Assembly (NCBI GenBank): GCA_018817715.1
Contig: JAHITT010000006.1
Span: 75,147-139,146, forward strand
DNA: 64,000 nucleotides
Source of the DNA: Patescibacteria group bacterium
GTDB taxonomy: Bacteria; Patescibacteriota; Patescibacteriia; Veblenbacterales; UBA10138
Reading direction: 5' to 3'
Below, one piece after another: positions 28,688 to 38,827 of the stretch; position 1 is the stretch's first letter, and every line of letters starts with the position of its first letter. The notes beneath the pieces were generated by a model, which did not search any database, was not told the DNA's origin, and worked only from the letters and a program-made list of their open reading frames with translations. A program made the position numbers and the translations under genes.

Positions 28688-29896
28688 ATGAATAGATTTA
28701 TAAAATCATTATTGATTACTGGCGCTTTAATCTTAAGTTTAGCGCCTTTTTTGCCTAAAACCCAAGTAGCCGCCGTGGATGACTTAAACGAGCAAATAAA
28801 AAACAAACAAAGTCAATTAACCGAATTAAAAAAACAAATTGATACTTACCGTAATGCTATCGCCGATAAACAAGCCCAATCTTCCTCTTTAAAAAAACAA
28901 TTAACCGTTCTGGATGACAAAGTTGCCCAAGCTGAACTTAATATTAAAGGAAAAGAATTGGCTTTAGCAACAGTCACCCTACAAATCCAAGCGGTTACTT
29001 TAGATGTTGGCCGGCACGAACAATCAATTGCCGACAAAAGTTCTAAAATAGCTGAAATACTACGACAACTTTATCAAAATAACCAAAAAAGTCTGTTGGA
29101 AATAATCGCTCTAAATACTTCTTTTGGAAAATATTTTGATCAACTTAGCTATTTAGAAGAATTGGAACGCAATCTGCAACAACAAACCAACCAACTACAA
29201 ACATCTAAAACAGAATTAGAACACCAACAACAAAACTTAGCTCTATATAAAATTGATTTAACTAAGACTAAAAACGACCTGGAAGAATCCAAGGGTCAAT
29301 TAAGTAGCGAATTAAATACTAAACAATACATCCTAAAGCAAACCAGAGAATCAGAAAGCCGTTATCAAAATCTTTTAACCCAAGCTATTCAGGAACAACA
29401 AAAGGCCAATGCCGACATAAATAACTTGGAACAAGAAGTTAGACGGCGTTTAAAAAATCAAGGTATTCAAAGTCTAAACCAACTGGATACTAATTTTATT
29501 TGGCCGGTCAAACCTTATAAAGGCCTATCCACTTATTTTAACGACCCTACTTATATTTTTAGAAAATATTTTGAACATGGGGCCATTGATATTCCCAATC
29601 CGCAAGGAACAGCCATTAAAGCGGCGGCGGCCGGCTACGTGGCCCGAGCCAAAGACGCCGGCTTGGGTTACAGTTATATAATGATAGTCCATAACAACGG
29701 CCTGGCCACGGTTTATGGGCACACCAGCCGAATTGACGTGGAAGAAAACAGCTTTGTTACCAAAGGACAGGTTATTGGCGCTGTTGGTGGCCTGCCAGGC
29801 ACTAGGGGAGCCGGCAGTTTAACCACTGGCCCGCATTTACACTTTGAAATTAGACTTAATGGTATACCAGTTGATCCCTTAAATTATTTACCCTAA
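28688..29896 (+). CDS. M23 family metallopeptidase with N-terminal coiled coil (EnvC-like)
   Basis: signal/TM, long coiled-coil, C-terminal HxxxD...HLHFEI M23 motifs; start placed at ATG 28688 after gltX stop. Confidence 0.8.
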   Translation: MNRFIKSLLITGALILSLAPFLPKTQVAAVDDLNEQIKNKQSQLTELKKQIDTYRNAIADKQAQSSSLKKQLTVLDDKVAQAELNIKGKELALATVTLQIQAVTLDVGRHEQSIADKSSKIAEILRQLYQNNQKSLLEIIALNTSFGKYFDQLSYLEELERNLQQQTNQLQTSKTELEHQQQNLALYKIDLTKTKNDLEESKGQLSSELNTKQYILKQTRESESRYQNLLTQAIQEQQKANADINNLEQEVRRRLKNQGIQSLNQLDTNFIWPVKPYKGLSTYFNDPTYIFRKYFEHGAIDIPNPQGTAIKAAAAGYVARAKDAGLGYSYIMIVHNNGLATVYGHTSRIDVEENSFVTKGQVIGAVGGLPGTRGAGSLTTGPHLHFEIRLNGIPVDPLNYLP

Positions 29897-29912
29897 AATT
29901 TTTATATAAATT

Positions 29913-29943
29913 TAAGCAGGCTATTTTGTAGCCTGCTTTTTTT
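29913..29943. terminator. hairpin terminator between convergent genes
   Basis: AAGCAGGCtattttgtaGCCTGCTT followed by T-run. Confidence 0.6.
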
Positions 29944-29948
29944 AATTT

Positions 29949-30482
29949 TTAAATTATTTCCAGAGTTTTATAACAAAATTCCTGTAAATCGCCCCAAAAA
30001 ATTTCTACGCCATAATCCGCCTTTAAATCAAAATCCACATACCTAGCACCAGAAAACCCATGTTCCATACCCATAATTACCTTACCTGGCCACTCTTGCG
30101 GATTTTCATTTAAACGAGTAAACCATTTACCAACTTCATAACGAGTGGATTGCGCGTATGACCCGTTATAATTAGGCCTCTCTTGGCACTCCATAGGCGG
30201 ACACCAAAACATTATAACCCCCTTAGCATACCCGCCAGTTAAATCCATATGATACTTTATCCAAGCACACTCCTTATACCATTCAGTCATATGAAATCCG
30301 GATAAAACCAATTTTTTAGGTGAAATAATTATCACCTCTGGATCAATATCATGAATAATTTTAATGGCCCGGCTGTGCCAATCTGGAGCGTGTTTAACTG
30401 GACCAGCCAAATAAACCACCTTACAATCAACAGGCAGATTTTTAATTTTTTTAGGATAATGTACTACTTTTGATTTTTTCAT
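29949..30482 (-). CDS. nucleoside 2-deoxyribosyltransferase-like protein
   Basis: VVYLAGP N-terminal motif and later RYEVG Glu; visibly GC-richer than neighbours; low-confidence family call. Confidence 0.3.
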   Translation of the reverse strand: MKKSKVVHYPKKIKNLPVDCKVVYLAGPVKHAPDWHSRAIKIIHDIDPEVIIISPKKLVLSGFHMTEWYKECAWIKYHMDLTGGYAKGVIMFWCPPMECQERPNYNGSYAQSTRYEVGKWFTRLNENPQEWPGKVIMGMEHGFSGARYVDFDLKADYGVEIFWGDLQEFCYKTLEII

Positions 30483-30543
30483 TTTAATATCCTTGCTTTT
30501 GTTATTTTTGGCTTATCTTAAACAAAAAACAAAGATATGTCAA

Positions 30544-31527
30544 TTATTTATTTAAAGGATGAAATTTACGGTGTGTAGTTTCCGCATATTTATCCGAAGC
30601 ATGAACATAGCGAGTAGTAGTATCAAGTGATTCATGGCCCAGCAATACTTGTATAGCGGCCGGATTAGCCCCGCTTTCCGCCAAATAAGTGGCAAAACCA
30701 TGCCTTAGAGAGTGGGCTGAAGTTGGCACATTAATGTGCAACTGTTCCCGATACTGTTTTATTTTCATTTGCAAATAATTAGTCGACAGTCTTTTAGTAG
30801 TTTTGCCAGAATTTTCACCCCGATAAGGAATAAACAAGGCTGGCCAACTATCGTGGCGCAAAGCTAAATAATAATTTATATGCTTTAAGGCCCGATCAGT
30901 TAAATAAACAAAACGCTGTTTGCGACCCTTACCAGTCACAAAAATACGTCCACTTAAATCTATCTGCGATTTGTTTAAACTAATCAACTCAGAAATACGT
31001 AAACCAGTGGCAAATAATACCTCCAACATAGCCCGATTACGAGTGGCCACTTGTTTATTTTTTTCTAGTAAAGAAGGTGACTCAATTAATTTCACCAGCT
31101 CATTAAGTTCTGCCACTTGCGGATGTTTCTTTTCGGTTTTAACCAGTTTAACAGATTCGGGCGACAAAGGTGTTTGGTAATCCAAATCTATTAAATATCT
31201 TAAATAAGCACGTAAACTGGATAACATACGATTTAAAGAATAACTGCGCAAACGTAAGCTTGGTTTATTTTTTTCAGCTGTTAATCGGTCTACTGAGTTT
31301 AAATAAGCCTTATAGCGGTCAATAATTCTTTTGTCTACCTTAAGAAAGGGGATTTTATTATCCAACAAGAACTTATCAAAGACTTTAAGATCTCTTTCGT
31401 AATTATAAATTGTTTCTGGGGAATAATTATTAGTCTGCAAAGACAATAAAAAATCATCCAAATAATCCAAACTCAAAGAAGCTGTTTTAGTTTTGGGGGA
31501 CAGGTGTTTTTTTGCTGCTGTAATCAT
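30544..31527 (-). CDS. tyrosine recombinase (XerC/XerD family)
   Basis: C-terminal catalytic motifs ATGLRISE...HSLRHGFAT...LLGH...TTRYVH. Confidence 0.85.
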   Translation of the reverse strand: MITAAKKHLSPKTKTASLSLDYLDDFLLSLQTNNYSPETIYNYERDLKVFDKFLLDNKIPFLKVDKRIIDRYKAYLNSVDRLTAEKNKPSLRLRSYSLNRMLSSLRAYLRYLIDLDYQTPLSPESVKLVKTEKKHPQVAELNELVKLIESPSLLEKNKQVATRNRAMLEVLFATGLRISELISLNKSQIDLSGRIFVTGKGRKQRFVYLTDRALKHINYYLALRHDSWPALFIPYRGENSGKTTKRLSTNYLQMKIKQYREQLHINVPTSAHSLRHGFATYLAESGANPAAIQVLLGHESLDTTTRYVHASDKYAETTHRKFHPLNK

Positions 31528-31929
31528 AATATTAATAATTAAGGTTTTAACTGAGTGTAAGAGATATTATACTCAGTTTAGCATAAGCCTTTTATTAAGG
31601 CAAACTACTAAAGCTTACTGCTTATTAAGCAGTATTAGCCTATAAATTACGTCCTTAGCCTAGGATTATCAGTCTAAATACTCCTACTCAGCTAATTTAG
31701 ATGCCTTATTAACTGTTAAATTCGCTTTAAACTAATTAGCCACCAACCAAACTAAGTTGTTAACATTAAAATGGTCTTAAATTAAGGTTTGAATTTAATA
31801 AATCCTTAAGGTAGTTAGCTTTAAAATTAATTTAGGTTTACTTTGGAAATGACTGTCCCACTAATAAGTTTTTTTAATACAGTCTTAGTGCTAAAGATAA
31901 TCGCCTAACTTGAATAATTATTAACTTAT

Positions 31930-32598
31930 TTAAGTGTCGCAAAATATATAATGTTGCAATGCTTTATCAGCTAAACTACTAACCACTATGTCAGCCTGGC
32001 TAAAATCTTGACCTAAGGTGTACTGATTAGGTACAGCAACTACCAAACAGCCGGCGGCTTTAGCCGCCTTAACCCCATTTACCGAATCTTCCAATACCAA
32101 ACAACTTGCCGGGCTTAAATTTAAAGCTTGGACGGCTTTTTGGTATATGGCAGGATGGGGTTTGCCAAATTTTACATCCTCACTAGTGATAACTGTTGGA
32201 AAATAACTAGCTAAATCAAATTTATTAAAAATCAATTCCACCCATTTTTTTTCTGAAGCTGTCGCCAAGACTAAATTAATTCGTTGACCCTTGGCTCTAG
32301 ATAACAAATCAAGTAACCCTGGCAACGGCTGCAACAAATTATCAGTCAGTAAATATTTTTCATAAGCCTGCCTAGCTTCTTTAACCAATACCGGCACTTC
32401 ATCAGGCAAATTGTAATATTTCTTTATATAAGCCCAAACCTCAGGCAAACGCAAACCCATTATTTGACGTTTCAAATCCAAGGTAAAATTTTTACCCCTG
32501 GCCTCTAATACTAATTGACCGGCTTTGGAATAAATTGTTTCCGTGTCAAACATTAAACCATCCATATCAAAAAGCAAAGCAGAAAATCTATTGGCCAT
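31930..32598 (-). CDS. HAD hydrolase (beta-phosphoglucomutase-like)
   Basis: LLFDMDGLMFDTE motif I, later HAD motifs. Confidence 0.65.
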   Translation of the reverse strand: MANRFSALLFDMDGLMFDTETIYSKAGQLVLEARGKNFTLDLKRQIMGLRLPEVWAYIKKYYNLPDEVPVLVKEARQAYEKYLLTDNLLQPLPGLLDLLSRAKGQRINLVLATASEKKWVELIFNKFDLASYFPTVITSEDVKFGKPHPAIYQKAVQALNLSPASCLVLEDSVNGVKAAKAAGCLVVAVPNQYTLGQDFSQADIVVSSLADKALQHYIFCDT

Positions 32599-32601
32599 AA
32601 G

Positions 32602-33492
32602 CTACTTTAATTTATAGAATAAACGAGCACCAAAACGAACATCCACGTACAGCAAACGGTTAATGTCTCCTTTTATTTTTTCCGCTAATAAACGCTTTAA
32701 AGAATTTATTTGCCCTAACGGATCTTCACGTACTGAAAGATAAACATACCAACCATCTGCAGTATAAGCCTGAACAGTTGGCAAACCAGCCAAATCCAAT
32801 AAAACATAATCCAACTTGATTTTTGAAAGATTCTCTTGCCAAAATTTGTTAAAACTATCCACAAAAGCAATAGCCTGCTCATCAATCACCTGATCACCTA
32901 AATTATAGCCCTTATCCCCCACTTCCCTAATTAAAACTAAATTAGTACTTAAAACTGCTTGATCTTTTAATTCTTGAACAATTATCCCCCTTTGGTCAAC
33001 GGCATATACTTTATTTTTAGTTTGCCAACGAGCGATCATTAAACTTTCCCGAAAATTCAATTTTAAAACATTCGGCCAATGTCTTTTAAAAAATAAATCC
33101 TGACTGTAAAATTCCTGACCAACCAACTTGCGAGCCTTAGAAGTATCAAAAAAAATAATATTAGACTGAGGCCACAATAACCAACGTCGTCCAGCTATTT
33201 CCTGGTTTAAAATCAATCTTATTTTGTTTCTGGCTTCTTGCGAAGGTACACCATTAATAATAATATTCTTTATGGAAAAAATTGGTAAATGAATAATCAC
33301 TGCAACTAAAACAATAAATAATCCAGGTAAAATATAATAGAGTCTCTTTCGCCAAGTCGGTTTAGCCTGAGTTTGATAAGCTTTAAACAACCGACGATTA
33401 ACGTCGGGAATTTCATGTTTAGCTCGAGCATAATCATGCCCGCGCCTTTTTTTTACAGTTGAACGTGCTTTAAATTGCTTTACTGATACCAT
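32602..33492 (-). CDS. cell division protein FtsQ/DivIB-like
   Basis: basic N-terminus, single TM, POTRA-like region; located immediately downstream of ddl as in dcw clusters. Confidence 0.4.
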   Translation of the reverse strand: MVSVKQFKARSTVKKRRGHDYARAKHEIPDVNRRLFKAYQTQAKPTWRKRLYYILPGLFIVLVAVIIHLPIFSIKNIIINGVPSQEARNKIRLILNQEIAGRRWLLWPQSNIIFFDTSKARKLVGQEFYSQDLFFKRHWPNVLKLNFRESLMIARWQTKNKVYAVDQRGIIVQELKDQAVLSTNLVLIREVGDKGYNLGDQVIDEQAIAFVDSFNKFWQENLSKIKLDYVLLDLAGLPTVQAYTADGWYVYLSVREDPLGQINSLKRLLAEKIKGDINRLLYVDVRFGARLFYKLK

Positions 33493-34604
33493 TGTTTAGT
33501 GGGTTTATAAGAAGTCTGTAATTGTTTTTTGTCCTGATAATTAGCCAAAGCCAAAGAGATTAAACGATCTAATAATTCAGAATATCCTAATCCGGAGTGC
33601 CCCCATAATTTAGGATACATACTAATACTGGTAAAACCCGGCATAGTATTTGGTTCATTTAAATAAATTTTTCTTGACTTTTGGGACACCAAAAAATCTA
33701 TCCTGGCTAAACCTTTTAAATCTAAAACTTTAAAACAAGCCACGGCTAAATTTTTTATTTTCCGACTGACAGTTTTAGATAAAGGGGCTGGAATTATCAA
33801 ATTAGATTTACCATCAACATATTTAGCGTCGTAATCATAAAATTCATTGCTAGGTATAACCTGACCTAAAACAGAAACTTGGGGCTCATTATTACCCAAA
33901 ACCGAACACTCAATCTCTAAAGGTTGTTTGACCGCTTGCTCAACCAAAATACGCCTGTCATATTTAAAAGCTAAATTAATAGCAATTTTAAGCTGCAACA
34001 AATTATTAACCTTACTAATACCCACCGAAGATCCTAAATTAGCTGGTTTAACAAACATAGGATATTTTAAAACTTGGCAATTTTTTATAAAAACCGCTGA
34101 ACTTTTTTTATAATCAAACTTATTAGTATAAACAAAAGGTAACACTGGTAAACCAGCCTGCTGACAAATTAATTTTTGAATAATTTTATCCATAGCTACG
34201 GCCGAACCCAATACTCCAGCGCCCACATAAGGCAAATCTGTCAATTCTAAAAAACCTTGAATAATTCCATCCTCCCCAAAGGTACCATGTAAAACCGGCC
34301 AAATAACATCAACAGTTCCTTGTATTTTTTTTATATCAGTTCTTTTATAAAAGCGTCCACCATTCGGTTCGGGTAATAAAACAATTTCTTTTTTAAAGAA
34401 ACTTGTTTGGGGATTTTTTAAGAATTTTAAAACAGTTGAACCACCCAACCAAATACCCTCTTTAGATAAACCAATTGGCACGACTTGATATTTTTTTTTG
34501 TCTAAATGTTTAATTACCGAAGCAGCTGAAACTAAAGAAACTTCATGCTCCGCCGAACGACCACCAAACAAAACACCAATTCGTAATTTATTTTTTTTAA
34601 CCAT
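33480..34604 (-). CDS. ddl: D-alanine--D-alanine ligase
   Basis: [18 protein letters not shown]-terminus and ATP-grasp motifs. Confidence 0.9.
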   Translation of the reverse strand: MVKKNKLRIGVLFGGRSAEHEVSLVSAASVIKHLDKKKYQVVPIGLSKEGIWLGGSTVLKFLKNPQTSFFKKEIVLLPEPNGGRFYKRTDIKKIQGTVDVIWPVLHGTFGEDGIIQGFLELTDLPYVGAGVLGSAVAMDKIIQKLICQQAGLPVLPFVYTNKFDYKKSSAVFIKNCQVLKYPMFVKPANLGSSVGISKVNNLLQLKIAINLAFKYDRRILVEQAVKQPLEIECSVLGNNEPQVSVLGQVIPSNEFYDYDAKYVDGKSNLIIPAPLSKTVSRKIKNLAVACFKVLDLKGLARIDFLVSQKSRKIYLNEPNTMPGFTSISMYPKLWGHSGLGYSELLDRLISLALANYQDKKQLQTSYKPTKQWYQ

Positions 34605-34609
34605 AAAAA

Positions 34610-35767
34610 TTATTTAACCAATACTCTAGGTAATAATGGATTAATAGCCGTTATTACCTCATAATTTATAGTACCAGATTTAATGCCTATTTGCTCGGCC
34701 GTTATCTGCTTTTTACCTTGGCAGCCCAATAAAACAACTTCGTCATTAACCCTAACCTTAGCTAATTTAGTTACATCTACCATGGTTATATTCATACAAA
34801 CACGACCAATAACCGGGCAAAGCTGACCTTGGATAATAACCTCCCCTTTGTTAGATAAAGACCGACGATAACCATCCCAATAACCTACTGGCAAAACCGC
34901 CATAGTAATGGCTTGTTTGGTAGTATAGGTGCGTCCATAACCAACTGTTGCACCTTTAGGCAATTTTTGCAGTTCAATAATAAAAGTTTTCCAAGTTAAA
35001 GCCGGCTGAAGACGAATTTTGGGCTTAAATTTATTAACAACTAATTTATTTTCTGCTGACGGCCACAAACCGTAATAACCTATACCCAAACGTCCCAAAT
35101 CATAATGAGAGTTTTTAAAACTATTCAAAGCGGCTGTACAAGCTATATGACGATAATATTTATCCGGCAACCAAGCTTGACCTTTTTCCAAAAAAGCTGA
35201 AAAATTTCCCAACTGTTCTAATAAAAATCCAGACTGTTTTGATTCGGCAGTAGCCAAATGAGAAGCCACACCTTCCAATTTTAACCAAAGAGAATTCCTT
35301 ATTTGTTTAAGAAAATCATAAGCTTGTTTATCGCGTAATCCCAAACGAGCCATTCCAGTGTCTATTTTTAAATGAACACGAGCGGGCTTTTTAACTTGCT
35401 GCCCCGCTTTACTTAAAGCTAATAAAGCCGACTGCTCGTAAACCACAAAAGAAATTTTTTGTTTAATAGCTTTTTGTAAATCAAATTGACGTAACGGCTG
35501 GTAATAACTTAAAACTAAAATTGGCAAATTAATTTTAGCCGCCCGTAAAGAAAAAGCTTCGGCTAAAGAAGCTACACCTAACCAATCTATTTTACCCGAA
35601 GACTCCCCGACCTTGGCGGCCAAAACCAAACCATGTCCATAAGCATTACTTTTTACTACTGCCATTAATTTAGCTTGGCCACCTAAAAAAGACCTATGAA
35701 CACTTATATTGTTCAGTAAGGCTTTACGACTTACTTCTAGCCAAGAATAATTAGGATAATCTTTCAT
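34610..35767 (-). CDS. alr: alanine racemase
   Basis: PLP site [11 protein letters not shown]. Confidence 0.85.
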   Translation of the reverse strand: MKDYPNYSWLEVSRKALLNNISVHRSFLGGQAKLMAVVKSNAYGHGLVLAAKVGESSGKIDWLGVASLAEAFSLRAAKINLPILVLSYYQPLRQFDLQKAIKQKISFVVYEQSALLALSKAGQQVKKPARVHLKIDTGMARLGLRDKQAYDFLKQIRNSLWLKLEGVASHLATAESKQSGFLLEQLGNFSAFLEKGQAWLPDKYYRHIACTAALNSFKNSHYDLGRLGIGYYGLWPSAENKLVVNKFKPKIRLQPALTWKTFIIELQKLPKGATVGYGRTYTTKQAITMAVLPVGYWDGYRRSLSNKGEVIIQGQLCPVIGRVCMNITMVDVTKLAKVRVNDEVVLLGCQGKKQITAEQIGIKSGTINYEVITAINPLLPRVLVK

Positions 35768-35779
35768 GTTTTTAGCCTG

Positions 35780-37015
35780 CTAACCTATTTTAGCTAGGCC
35801 TCCCATATAAGGCTGCAAAACCTTAGGGATAATAATACTGCCGTCAGCCTGCTGATAGTTTTCTAAAATAGCTATCAAAGTACGACCAATGGCAAAAACT
35901 GTTCCGTTAAGCATATGAACAAAATCCATTTTACCCTCGGCTGTTTTATAGCGAATATTCAAACGCCTAGCCTGAAAATCCGTGGTAGTTGAACAAGAAT
36001 GAGTTTCTCGATATTTACTCTCCGAAGGAATCCAAGTTTCGATATCATACTTACGAGCAGCTGGATCTCCTAAATCCGCTGTACACATCTTAATAACTTG
36101 ATAAGGTAATTTTAAACCTTGCATCAATTCTTCTTCTATAACCAAGAGTTTATCGTGCTCCTTATCCGAATCCTCTGGTTTAGTAAATACTACCATTTCC
36201 AATTTATCAAACTGATGAACGCGTAAAATACCTTTGGTATCCTTACCATAACTACCGGCCTCACTTCTAAAGCAAGAAGAAAAACCAGCATATCTTTTAG
36301 GTAAATCTGTAAGTTCTAAAACTTCATCCATATGCATAGGCCCGATTGATTGTTCAGAAGTACCTACTAAATAAAGCTGTTGTTCTTTTAAATGATAAGT
36401 TTCTTCTTCCCCACCATTTTCCAAATAACCCATAGCTTGCATGGCTTTTTCACTAATTAAAACCGGCGGCACTACTGGCACAAAACCATTTTTAAGAACC
36501 ACTGATAAACCATACTGGACTAAAGCAAATTCCAATAAAACCGCTTCATTTTTTAAATAACCAAACCTAGAACCTGACACTTTGGCGGCCCGGGCCATAT
36601 CTATTAAATCGTGCTGCTCCGCCAAAGTTAGATAATCTTTAACTGTAAAATTAAAATCCGGCTTACTACCTACCTGCCTTAAAACCTCATTATCATTTTC
36701 TGTTTTACCAACTTTAACATCGGGCCGAGCCGGATTAGGCAGGCTAAGCAAAATATCATTTAACTGGTCAGTTAACTGTTTTAATTCTTGCTCTTTAGTT
36801 TTAAGAACTTCCTTTTTAGCCTTGGCTTCAGCTCGATCCGCCTCGCTTACCAACTTATCCCCTCGACCTTGACGTAAACCATCCACTTCCGCTTGCAAAG
36901 CCCTTCTTTGATTATCCAAATCCAAAATAACCTTAATATCTATAGTCCGATTTTTAGCCTGGCTAGCCTTAACTACTAAATCCGGATTGTCTCTTAAATA
37001 TTTTATATCAATCAT
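35780..37015 (-). CDS. serS: seryl-tRNA synthetase
   Basis: N-terminal coiled-coil arm, class II motifs (FRSEAGSYGKDTKGILRVHQF). Confidence 0.9.
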   Translation of the reverse strand: MIDIKYLRDNPDLVVKASQAKNRTIDIKVILDLDNQRRALQAEVDGLRQGRGDKLVSEADRAEAKAKKEVLKTKEQELKQLTDQLNDILLSLPNPARPDVKVGKTENDNEVLRQVGSKPDFNFTVKDYLTLAEQHDLIDMARAAKVSGSRFGYLKNEAVLLEFALVQYGLSVVLKNGFVPVVPPVLISEKAMQAMGYLENGGEEETYHLKEQQLYLVGTSEQSIGPMHMDEVLELTDLPKRYAGFSSCFRSEAGSYGKDTKGILRVHQFDKLEMVVFTKPEDSDKEHDKLLVIEEELMQGLKLPYQVIKMCTADLGDPAARKYDIETWIPSESKYRETHSCSTTTDFQARRLNIRYKTAEGKMDFVHMLNGTVFAIGRTLIAILENYQQADGSIIIPKVLQPYMGGLAKIG

Positions 37016-37626
37016 ATTTGGGAAAGATAAGAATCTAATTGCTTAATAATTTCCGGCCGATGACGAAAACCCGCTTCTGCTAATTCTTGATAAGATAATT
37101 CCGCTGACATTTTATTGTATTTTGACACAAAAAACAAAGAACGGAAAGGGTAACCCACTATCCTTTTAGAACAGGTTGCTTCGGCAATATAACCAGTCAT
37201 CCCTTGAGCAACAGCTATGTGCACTTGATTGGCTTTTATAACTAAAGCGGTAGCTATAGCAAAATGACAAGTTCTTTTATTCCAAGATACTCCCTGTAAA
37301 CGACGTAAGGTTTCACTTATTAATTCATCATCCGTAGCTTCTTTGTTTGAATTTTCAAAAATCCGACGCGAAGATACGCCCGGCCAACCACCTAAAACAT
37401 CTATTTCTAAACCGCTATCATCGGCTAAAGTTGGCAAACCAGACAACTGATAATAAAACTTAGCTTTGCTAAGTGCGTTAGCCTCAAACGTTTTACTATC
37501 TTCCGGCGCTTTATCAGTTATAGCCATATCTTTAAGAGAAACTAAATCAAAAGAATAATCTTTTAATAATTCAGCAAACTCGTTAAATTTAGCTGGGTTA
37601 TGAGTGGCAATTAACAGTTTGGGCAT
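37012..37626 (-). CDS. rdgB: non-canonical purine NTP pyrophosphatase (RdgB/Ham1)
   Basis: KLLIATHNPAKFNEF N-terminus and Ham1 motifs; 4-nt overlap with serS. Confidence 0.8.
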   Translation of the reverse strand: MPKLLIATHNPAKFNEFAELLKDYSFDLVSLKDMAITDKAPEDSKTFEANALSKAKFYYQLSGLPTLADDSGLEIDVLGGWPGVSSRRIFENSNKEATDDELISETLRRLQGVSWNKRTCHFAIATALVIKANQVHIAVAQGMTGYIAEATCSKRIVGYPFRSLFFVSKYNKMSAELSYQELAEAGFRHRPEIIKQLDSYLSQI

Positions 37627-37628
37627 AA

Positions 37629-38114
37629 TTATTTTTTTCTAGGACCAGACGGCGATGTTAAATCATCAAACTTTAAACCTAAATTTAATAATTTTTCTGC
37701 CTGTTTAATTTCCTCGGCCACGCCCACGTGGTCTAATTCCTTCAAATCTTCCAAACTTACCCATTTATAATCCACAAAATCATGGGCATCAAAATTAACT
37801 GCTTGACCATCATCAGCCAAACGACACAAATAAGTAAACACCCTAACTGCTTGGCCATCCGACCTAATAAAAGCCGTATCACGCAATAAAATCTTGCCGG
37901 GCAACACATTTAAACCTGCCTCTTCTTTTACCTCTCGCTGTAAAACTGATTCTATATCTTCCAATCCTTCAGTTTTACCCCCAGGAAAACACCATTTGTT
38001 AGGATAAGCAATTTCCCGTGGATGGCGCTTTAATAACAAATAGCGGCCGTCTTTATTCCTAATTACGGCCGTGACAGTGACAATATACAATTTATTCTGC
38101 TTGTCGTAGGGCAT
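37629..38114 (-). CDS. NUDIX hydrolase
   Basis: FPGGKTEGLEDIESVLQREVKEEAGL. Confidence 0.75.
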   Translation of the reverse strand: MPYDKQNKLYIVTVTAVIRNKDGRYLLLKRHPREIAYPNKWCFPGGKTEGLEDIESVLQREVKEEAGLNVLPGKILLRDTAFIRSDGQAVRVFTYLCRLADDGQAVNFDAHDFVDYKWVSLEDLKELDHVGVAEEIKQAEKLLNLGLKFDDLTSPSGPRKK

Positions 38115-38120
38115 AAATAT

Positions 38121-38813
38121 TTAATGAGAGAAAATCACCTGATTAACCCTATCCCCTAAATGCTTATGCTTAATTGAGCCGCTAAAAGTCAGCCCTTTTA
38201 TAAAATCTTTATCTTGATGAATATTAATTACTGATTTATAATTTTCCGTTGACTCGTTCAAGGCTTTATAAAATTCTTCTGAAGCATAATCATTAACCAC
38301 ACACCCCACTTCCGGATTTTCTTTAATTTGTATCAGTTGATCAATGCTTTCAAAAACAGTTTTTTCCATTAAAGGTTGGACAACTTGACCCAACCCCTTA
38401 CTAAAATTAACTAATTTTAATCTCAAACTAATGCCTGATTCTGACATATAATACAAAGAATCTAAAACTGATTTGTTTAATGGTTCTTCTGTGCCACCAC
38501 CACTTAAAGAGTCTGTAGAAAACTTATATTTCCAAATATTTTGATTGTCTAAAAATTTTTCTATAGAAACTATATACTGTTGACAAAGACTTTCTTTTTG
38601 AATGCCCGAGCCAGTTAATTTAGCGTTGTGATTATAGTCTTTTATTAAATTGTTTAAAGAATCTTGAATGTCTTTTAACTTTTTTAAATCATCAACCGAA
38701 ATTACCTCATTTTTAAAAGGGTATTTACTTATTTCAGAAAATTCTTGTTCTTGTTTATTTTTAAATTGACCAAACGCCTGAGCAAACCCTGAATCTGGCG
38801 CAAAACTGTTCAT
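38121..38813 (-). CDS. hypothetical protein
   Basis: 230 aa soluble ORF, no motif recognised. Confidence 0.35.
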   Translation of the reverse strand: MNSFAPDSGFAQAFGQFKNKQEQEFSEISKYPFKNEVISVDDLKKLKDIQDSLNNLIKDYNHNAKLTGSGIQKESLCQQYIVSIEKFLDNQNIWKYKFSTDSLSGGGTEEPLNKSVLDSLYYMSESGISLRLKLVNFSKGLGQVVQPLMEKTVFESIDQLIQIKENPEVGCVVNDYASEEFYKALNESTENYKSVINIHQDKDFIKGLTFSGSIKHKHLGDRVNQVIFSH

Positions 38814-38827
38814 AAAATTAAACTTTA

